DNA of 30,886 bases from Candidatus Zixiibacteriota bacterium (lineage in GTDB: Bacteria; Zixibacteria; MSB-5A5; CAIYYT01): positions 1-30,886 of the forward strand of contig JBECKX010000156.1 in the NCBI GenBank assembly GCA_040235515.1, written 5' to 3'. A model generated the notes under the pieces. That model did not search any database, was not told the DNA's origin, and saw only the letters and a list, made by a program, of their open reading frames with translations. Below are positions 24,696 to 30,886 of the stretch, piece by piece (the first letter of the stretch is position 1; each line of letters opens with the position of its first letter). A program made the translations under genes and the position numbers.

Positions 24696-26885
24696 ATGGC
24701 TCTACGCATTAACCACAACATTGCCGCACTGGATGCCCAGCGTAACCTGGCTATGACTACACGTTCCATGAGTGGTGTCATGGAGAAGCTGTCTTCAGGT
24801 TATCGTATCAACAAAGCGTCCGATGATCCGGCGGGTCTGGTCATTTCCGAGCAGTTCCGTGCTCAGATTGCCGGCCTCAACCGCGCGATTCAGAACTCAG
24901 AGGGCTCGATCAACATGATCCAGACCGCTGAGGGATCGCTCAACGAGATCAACTCTTTGCTCGTTTCCATGCGTGAGTTGGCGATTCACGCCGCGAACGA
25001 AGGATTCAACGATGCCAACCAGCTGGCAGCTGACCAGGCAGAAATCGAAAACGCGATCAAGACGATCGACCGTATCGCTGCCAACACTCAGTTCGGTACC
25101 AAGAAGCTCCTCGATGGCACCAAGGACAATATCGCGACTATTACTACCGCGAATTCCTCCGGCCTCACCATCGTCCAGAGCGGCTTGTCCTCAGGTAGCC
25201 ACTCGATTACCGCTACCAAGACCGCCGATGCCAGCGCTTCGCTGAACACGACTTCTCTCGGTATCTCGCTCAGCAGCTCAGGCAATCCGAACAACCTCGA
25301 AGAGAAGATCCACAACCTGAACGTGCTTCAGGCCTCAGCCGGCGCCGAGAAGGATTCTGCTGATGTGGCTATTACAGACGCGTTTGGTAACGGCCTCCAG
25401 GTCGCTGCCACAGCCGACTACGCCACCATCAACAGCGCCGCCTCAACCGTCGCCGCCGCTACAACGTCACAGGCTGGTACCTACACCATCGTTCTCAACT
25501 ACCAGGAGAACAATGAGTCGGTGACCGGTGACCAGACGTTGCAGATCGCGATCGCTTCAAGTGATACCCGCGCCAACATCATTGACAAGTGGAACCAGGC
25601 CATCGCCAACAACGCTGCGCTGGCCGGCAAGGTTACCGCTGCCACATACTCCGTCAGCGGTGGTGGTACCGGTATCCAGTTCCGTTCCGTCAACAAGGGT
25701 GCGCAGTACTCCCTGAAGATGACTTCGGCCTCGACCGATGCCACAACTAACTACATGGGCATGGGCTCCTCACGCTCAAGCCGTGGCGTTAGCTTGAACG
25801 TTCTCAACTTCACCGTCACAACGGCGAAGAACACCAACACGACCGCCAACGCTACTGTCGGCGCTGCAACTTACTCGTCAATGTCAACTCTGGCTACGGC
25901 GATTCAGACTGCGCTTAACTCAGCGTTCGGTACCGTCTCCGACGGTTCAGGTTCGTCAACGACCAACGACGTGGATGTCCAGGCGGTTGATAACAAGCTC
26001 CGCTTCTTCACCTACGACGAAGGTTCCGATTACAAGATCAAGCACAACTCTACCGGTAACGAGACCGAGCGTCTTTACAACGTTCTCGGCCTCTCGGTCG
26101 ATACCCTCGCCATCTCCGGTACCGATGCGCTGGTCAACTTCGACGGCTTTACCAGCACTGTCACATCAGTGAAGTACGGTTCAACTTCTAACGTCACGCT
26201 TTACAACAAGGCGGCGGGAGAAGCCGGCCGTGGTAGCGTCGACCTTGTCATCGACAAGGCGTCGAACGGCATCAACATCGGCAACCTGTTGCTCGATGTC
26301 AAAGCCGCGAAATTCGACGTTCGTCTCGATGGTGGCCCGGCCACGTCAGTGACCGCCGGTAAGGATGCCACGATCTATGACGCCGATCGTTCCGAATCCC
26401 TCAAGATTCGCTACAGCCTGACCTCACAGGGTGGTTCCGAAACCATCTCCAACACCGATCAGTCGCTCGTCTTCCAGATCGGTGCCAACGTCGGTCAGAC
26501 TGCTTCAATCGGTCTGCGCAACATGGCTGCCTCAGCGCTCGGTAAGGACGTTGCCGGTAACATGTTCGCAAGCCTCGCCGATATCAATGTCGAGACCGTC
26601 CAGGGCGCACAGGATGCCCAGGCCCTTATCGACAAGGCGATTGATGAGGTTACCAACGCTCGCGGTACTCTCGGTTCGTTCCAGAAGAACACGCTCGAAT
26701 CGAACCTGCGTAACCTCCGCGTTGCGTCACAGAATCTGTCCGCTTCAGAGTCCGGCATTCGTGACACCGATATGGCCGAAGCCATGTCCGAGTTCACGAA
26801 GTACCAGATCCTGATGCAGGCTGGTACGGCCATGCTGGCTCAGGGCAACCAGATGCCGCAGATCGTACTTTCGCTGTTCGGATAA
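24696..26885 (+). CDS. fliC: Flagellin (729 aa)
   Basis: MALRINHN, EKLSSGYRINKASDDPAGLVISE, FQIGAN, RGTLGSFQ, ESGIRDTDMA, AGTAMLAQ motifs. Confidence 0.98.
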   Translation: MALRINHNIAALDAQRNLAMTTRSMSGVMEKLSSGYRINKASDDPAGLVISEQFRAQIAGLNRAIQNSEGSINMIQTAEGSLNEINSLLVSMRELAIHAANEGFNDANQLAADQAEIENAIKTIDRIAANTQFGTKKLLDGTKDNIATITTANSSGLTIVQSGLSSGSHSITATKTADASASLNTTSLGISLSSSGNPNNLEEKIHNLNVLQASAGAEKDSADVAITDAFGNGLQVAATADYATINSAASTVAAATTSQAGTYTIVLNYQENNESVTGDQTLQIAIASSDTRANIIDKWNQAIANNAALAGKVTAATYSVSGGGTGIQFRSVNKGAQYSLKMTSASTDATTNYMGMGSSRSSRGVSLNVLNFTVTTAKNTNTTANATVGAATYSSMSTLATAIQTALNSAFGTVSDGSGSSTTNDVDVQAVDNKLRFFTYDEGSDYKIKHNSTGNETERLYNVLGLSVDTLAISGTDALVNFDGFTSTVTSVKYGSTSNVTLYNKAAGEAGRGSVDLVIDKASNGINIGNLLLDVKAAKFDVRLDGGPATSVTAGKDATIYDADRSESLKIRYSLTSQGGSETISNTDQSLVFQIGANVGQTASIGLRNMAASALGKDVAGNMFASLADINVETVQGAQDAQALIDKAIDEVTNARGTLGSFQKNTLESNLRNLRVASQNLSASESGIRDTDMAEAMSEFTKYQILMQAGTAMLAQGNQMPQIVLSLFG

Positions 26886-26904
26886 TTCTAATAGACACGC
26901 TCTT

Positions 26905-26941
26905 GGGCGGGCCGCGTAATCCTCAGATTGCGCGCCCGCCT
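26905..26941 (+). terminator. GC-rich hairpin after fliC (no U-tract; leaky terminator or stabilising stem)
   Basis: GGGCGGGC(C)GCGTAATC-CTCA-GATTGCGCGCCCGCCT, 16 bp with one bulge. Confidence 0.6.
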
Positions 26942-26963
26942 CGAGCACCTGTGAGGTGATCTC

Positions 26964-27380
26964 ATGTCAGACCAAAGCGTAAACTTGCCGGGGGTCAAAG
27001 TGAGTGTCGCTCAGCCGACTTCACCGCGTTCCCTTCCGGCGGATGCGTCGCCGAACATGGATGCTCGGGTGCAAAAGAAACAGGCCGCGTCGTCTGATTC
27101 ACTCCGAAGCGAAAAACAGAGTGAAGCACAAGGCGAGTCCCGTAAAGGGCTTCTCGATCGTGACCTGTTGGAAGAACAGATTAGCGAAGCCAATAGAGAG
27201 TACGAAAGACGTAATATCTCCATTAGCTTTATGATCGACGAGGATTCTGAAGCCCTCGTCATCAAAGTCATGGATACGAATACTGATAAAGTTATCCGGC
27301 AAATTCCACCGGATGAAATACTTGCCATTCGGAGGCAAATGCATGAGGTGCTCGGAGGAATCTTCGACACCCAGGCATAA
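26964..27380 (+). CDS. flaG: Flagellar protein FlaG
   Basis: ISFMIDEDSEALVIKVMDTNTDKVIRQIPPDEIL...GGIFDTQA motif; lies between fliC and fliD. Confidence 0.93.
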   Translation: MSDQSVNLPGVKVSVAQPTSPRSLPADASPNMDARVQKKQAASSDSLRSEKQSEAQGESRKGLLDRDLLEEQISEANREYERRNISISFMIDEDSEALVIKVMDTNTDKVIRQIPPDEILAIRRQMHEVLGGIFDTQA

Positions 27381-27497
27381 ACAGAAAGACAGTTTTGCAC
27401 ATAGGACTGCTGGTCGGGTGCTTCCGATCAAGACCTCAGTACCTCTGAGGCATCCGACCAGATTTTAAGTTGGAATTCAGTAGGAGACAACCCCACT

Positions 27498-29849
27498 ATG
27501 CCCGGATTATCAGGCTCGATAGACGGACTTAACTCAGGATTGGATACAGCCAGTATCGTTGAGGCCTTACTGCTGTATGACAATAACCGAGTTACGCTGC
27601 TTGAGTATGACCAAACCGTCAAGACCAATCAGATCTCAACCTACCAGTCTATCAACACAAAACTCCTGGCGTTTCAGACGCAAGCAGCCCTGCTTTCTCG
27701 CGCGGACACCTATGACTCGACAAAAGTCTCCGTCTCGAACGAAGATTATCTGACCGCGATCGCAGGTGACAACGTCGCCCCCGGCAGCTATTCCATCAGC
27801 GTGGCTGCTCTCGCGCAGAACCACCAGATCGCATCACAGGGGTTCAGCGACCAGGAAGCCGCCAACCTCGGAACGGGCACGATTACCATCAAGGTGGGCA
27901 GTGGCTCGGAAAAGACAATTACGATTGGCAGCGACAGCAGTAGCCTCGAGAGCATCCGCGACGCCATCAACGCCGCCAATGCAGGCGTTACGGCATCGAT
28001 CATCAACGACGGCACCGATGCCAACTCCTATCGCCTGCTCCTGAGCGCCGATAAGACCGGAGCGAAGAACAAGATTACCTTCAGTTCCTCGCTGTCAGGA
28101 GAAAAGCAGTTAGACTTCACAACCGCACAATTTGATGAGGTAGAGAAGACTTCATTTTCGGCACTCGCCTCCTCGAACCCGACGATCGGTACCACCGCAT
28201 CCTACACGGGCAATGAAAACAAAACCTACACATTCACCGTCCGTGGCAACGGTACCCAGACTGTCGGCAATGGCGATATTACCGTCGACTGGACCGACGG
28301 CACAAACTCCGGCTCGATCCTGGTCAGTTCGGCAGACACCGAAGTAGAACTGACCGGTGCAGGGTCCGACGGGCTGAAACTGCAGTTTTCCGCCGGGGAA
28401 CTGGTGGCGGGAGATACATTCTCCGTCCAGACTTTCGCGCCGCTCCTGCAAAGCGCGCAGGATGCCAAAATCACGCTCGGCTCGACCGCCGGCGGCGGCT
28501 CGCCCATCACGGTTTCCAGTGAATCCAACCTGGTGGACAACCTGATCAGCGGTGTTACCCTGAATCTCAAGAAAGTCTCGAACGGCGAGAAAATAAATAT
28601 CGTAGCAGAACGCGACATTGAGGGAATCGAGCAGAAGCTCAATGACTTTATCGATAAATTCAATGACGTGATCGGGGCAATCGACGAGCAGTTCAAGTTC
28701 GACCCCGATAACCCGGATGAGGCGGGGATACTCTTCGGCGATAACACCCTTATCACCGTACAGAATTCGCTGCGCAGTAACGTGACTTCGCGCGTGAGCG
28801 GACTCGATTCCGAGTTCAAGATGCTGGCCGCGATCGGTATACGCATGGGCCAAACCGGAAAGCTCTCTGTGGTCAGCCCATCCAAACTGCGCGAGGCGCT
28901 CGAGAATAACCTCGATGATGTGCGACGTCTGCTGGCAGCATCGGGCAGTTCAAGCAACAGCAAAGTATCTTTCCTCTCGATGGGGAGCAAGACGAAGGTC
29001 TCGGAAGACGGCTACGATGTGGAGATCACGCAGGCGGCGCGTCGCGGCTACATGCAGGGCGCATCGATCGCCAACCCGTCCTCCACACCCATCACAATCG
29101 ACGCGTCCAACAAGAACATTGCGCTCCGTGTCGATGGTGTTCTCTCCAATACGATCACGCTCGACGAGGGCACCTACGACTCCTGGCAGGAACTTGCCGA
29201 TGAGCTGCAGCAGAAGATCAATGCCGACAGCAAAATCGGGAAGCTCGGGGTTGAAGTGACGTTCGTTGACAACGGCAGCAACGGCCACCTGACCTTCACC
29301 AGCGGTTCCTACGGCAGCTCTTCGAAGGTCGAGCTGCAGACAGGTGTGTCGGACAATGCCCACACTCTCCTGGGACTCTCAGGAGCATCACTCTTCGCCG
29401 GGCTCAACGTCGAGGGCACGATCAACGGCGAGGAGGCTACCGGCCTCGGTCAGATCCTCACCGGAAAGGATGACAACGCGAACACCGCCGGTCTTAAACT
29501 CCTGGTCGAGCTGACCTCGGCTGACCTCGGTGACTCGGCGGAAGCTACCGTTTCGGTGTTCCGCGGCATCGCTTCACAGATTCAAAGCTTTGCAGATACA
29601 GTAACGAAGAGCATCGATGGCACCCTTGCCCGCAGGACCTCCGCGCTGCAGGCGCAGATCGAGGATATCAAGGGTCGCGTCGAAAGTCAGAATGAGAGAA
29701 TCGAACTGAAACGCCAACGTCTGCTCCAGCGCTTCCAGGAAATGGAGGACGTCCTCGGACAGCTCGGCTCTCAGTCGTCATATCTCACGGCGCAACTCGA
29801 ACAGCTCTCCAATAACTTCAAGCAGATTGTGAGCAACGGGAATAGGTAA
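27498..29849 (+). CDS. fliD: Filament cap protein FliD (783 aa, enlarged)
   Basis: GLNSGLDTASIVEAL, GSYSISVAALAQNHQ, AQDAKI, LISGVTLNL, GILFGD, RLLQRFQEME motifs. Confidence 0.96.
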   Translation: MPGLSGSIDGLNSGLDTASIVEALLLYDNNRVTLLEYDQTVKTNQISTYQSINTKLLAFQTQAALLSRADTYDSTKVSVSNEDYLTAIAGDNVAPGSYSISVAALAQNHQIASQGFSDQEAANLGTGTITIKVGSGSEKTITIGSDSSSLESIRDAINAANAGVTASIINDGTDANSYRLLLSADKTGAKNKITFSSSLSGEKQLDFTTAQFDEVEKTSFSALASSNPTIGTTASYTGNENKTYTFTVRGNGTQTVGNGDITVDWTDGTNSGSILVSSADTEVELTGAGSDGLKLQFSAGELVAGDTFSVQTFAPLLQSAQDAKITLGSTAGGGSPITVSSESNLVDNLISGVTLNLKKVSNGEKINIVAERDIEGIEQKLNDFIDKFNDVIGAIDEQFKFDPDNPDEAGILFGDNTLITVQNSLRSNVTSRVSGLDSEFKMLAAIGIRMGQTGKLSVVSPSKLREALENNLDDVRRLLAASGSSSNSKVSFLSMGSKTKVSEDGYDVEITQAARRGYMQGASIANPSSTPITIDASNKNIALRVDGVLSNTITLDEGTYDSWQELADELQQKINADSKIGKLGVEVTFVDNGSNGHLTFTSGSYGSSSKVELQTGVSDNAHTLLGLSGASLFAGLNVEGTINGEEATGLGQILTGKDDNANTAGLKLLVELTSADLGDSAEATVSVFRGIASQIQSFADTVTKSIDGTLARRTSALQAQIEDIKGRVESQNERIELKRQRLLQRFQEMEDVLGQLGSQSSYLTAQLEQLSNNFKQIVSNGNR

Positions 29850-29851
29850 TC

Positions 29852-30304
29852 ATGAAGAAGAAACTCTCCTCCTACCAACGAGCACAGGTCAACGGCGCTT
29901 CACAGCAAGAACTGATCTTGATGTGTTACCGTGGCGCGATCAACTACCTGAATGAAGCGAACAAATCCTTGGAGGCAGGGGAGGTGGAGCGTTTTTCCGA
30001 GTTTCTGGAAAAAGCCCACCGTGTCGTATTTCATCTTTACACTACCCTCGATATGGAAAAAGGCGGCGAGATAGCTGAGAAACTGGCAGACCTCTACAGC
30101 TATATCATCAATCAACTCTATCTGCTCAATGCGACCAAGAACGCCGATATCTTCAACAGCGTTCTGAAAGTCCTCAACAACCTCAAGGAGGGATGGGAAC
30201 AGCTTGGTCGGGAGCAGCCGGAACCAGAAGAAGACAGCGCGATCACAGCAGAAACGCCGCAACTAGCGACCGTGCAGGGCGCATCTGTTTCGGTCCAGAT
30301 TTGA
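29852..30304 (+). CDS. fliS: Flagellin chaperone FliS
   Basis: YQ..V..ASQQELILMCY.GAI, TLDMEKGGEIAEKLADLYSY, LKEGWEQ motifs. Confidence 0.95.
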   Translation: MKKKLSSYQRAQVNGASQQELILMCYRGAINYLNEANKSLEAGEVERFSEFLEKAHRVVFHLYTTLDMEKGGEIAEKLADLYSYIINQLYLLNATKNADIFNSVLKVLNNLKEGWEQLGREQPEPEEDSAITAETPQLATVQGASVSVQI

Positions 30305-30311
30305 GGGACGA

Positions 30312-30764
30312 ATGAACTACAGTGATGTCACCAAGCTTGAGGCCCGACTGGTGGCGGGACTGAAAGAAGAGTACTCCTTTTATCAGTCGCTCTTTATCAT
30401 CGTTGATAAACAGCGCGACCACATCAAGTACGATAAAGATCAGAAGATCGTCGACTTGTATGGAGAGGTCGAACGGATCACCAAACGCATCACGGAATCC
30501 GAACAGACCATCGCTACGTTAAGGCAGCAGAATCCTGAGCTCTTCAATCTCGCCGCGACCGCGCCGGAAGTGCGCCGGCTGGTCAACTCGATCACGACGT
30601 TGATCTCGAAGACCCTCAAGCTTGTTCGGGAGAATGAAGAGACGGCGTCAGCCAAGTATGACGCAATCAAGCAGCAACTGCAGGAACTGCAGCGGGGAAG
30701 AAAAATCGCCGATTACTTACAAACTCCGCAGGAATCACCGCAATTTGTCGATAAAAGAAATTAG
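30312..30764 (+). CDS. FlgN/FliT-like helical export chaperone
   Basis: Sits after fliS (the fliT position); helical LKEEYSFYQSL..KQR..I pattern; C-terminal FVDKR resembles the FlgN tail. Confidence 0.6.
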   Translation: MNYSDVTKLEARLVAGLKEEYSFYQSLFIIVDKQRDHIKYDKDQKIVDLYGEVERITKRITESEQTIATLRQQNPELFNLAATAPEVRRLVNSITTLISKTLKLVRENEETASAKYDAIKQQLQELQRGRKIADYLQTPQESPQFVDKRN

Positions 30765-30778
30765 GGGACTGGAACATT

Positions 30779-30886
30779 ATGAGAATTGACGATCCACTGG
30801 ACATCTTTCGGTCACTGAGGCACGATATGAACGATTCACGCATCAAATCGAAGGAGGATAACGCGAAAGCGAAGTCCACCCAGGAG
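30779..30886 (+). CDS. Partial ORF MRIDDPLDIFRSLRHDMNDSRIKSKEDNAKAKSTQE…, possibly FlgM
   Basis: ATG after GGGGA/GGA; open to the window end. MRI start and a disordered charged N-terminus fit FlgM, but the diagnostic C-terminus is outside the window. Confidence 0.4.
   Translation, partial: MRIDDPLDIFRSLRHDMNDSRIKSKEDNAKAKSTQE

Noticed and set aside
28152..28990. Long antisense ORFs in fliD (likewise in flgF and flgL)
   Set aside because: Expected antisense open frames from codon bias in GC-rich genes; no RBS or recognisable domain.

Overview
A ~31 kb flagellar locus from a diderm bacterium, probably FCB superphylum and Zixibacteria-like. That assignment is inferred from a cohesin-like/Ig-repeat protein with a NYPNPFNP...YFYR C-terminal sorting domain. 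Order on +: fliE (5'-truncated)-fliF-fliG-fliH-fliI-fliJ, then a ~5 kb non-flagellar insert, then a sigma54-driven flgF-flgG-flgA-flgH-flgI-flgJ-flgN-flgK-csrA-(GGA-rich spacer with a 39-codon ORF)-flgL-fliW-TPR-GT2/TPR run, then a sigma28-driven fliC-flaG-fliD-fliS-(FlgN/FliT-like)-(partial, possibly flgM) run. The insert holds a secreted surface protein (-), an exported lipoprotein with a MerB-like catalytic core and a Met/His-rich patch (+), a beta-barrel porin with a Rex/CRP-like box (-), and a 4-Cys microprotein (+). The most notable signals are: (1) the lipid-anchored MerB-like protein outside any mer operon; (2) the 4-Cys microprotein, whose promoter (TCAAG-N16-CCGATACT) matches the flagellin promoter in motif and spacing; (3) a CsrA/FliW/flagellin circuit with visible RNA sites, in which csrA lies between flgK and flgL followed by a GGA-dense spacer; (4) FlgJ fused to a GH23 lytic transglycosylase and a FlgH with no lipobox. 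All family calls come from motif recognition by eye; no searches were run. No mobile elements, CRISPR arrays, rRNA or tRNA genes were seen.
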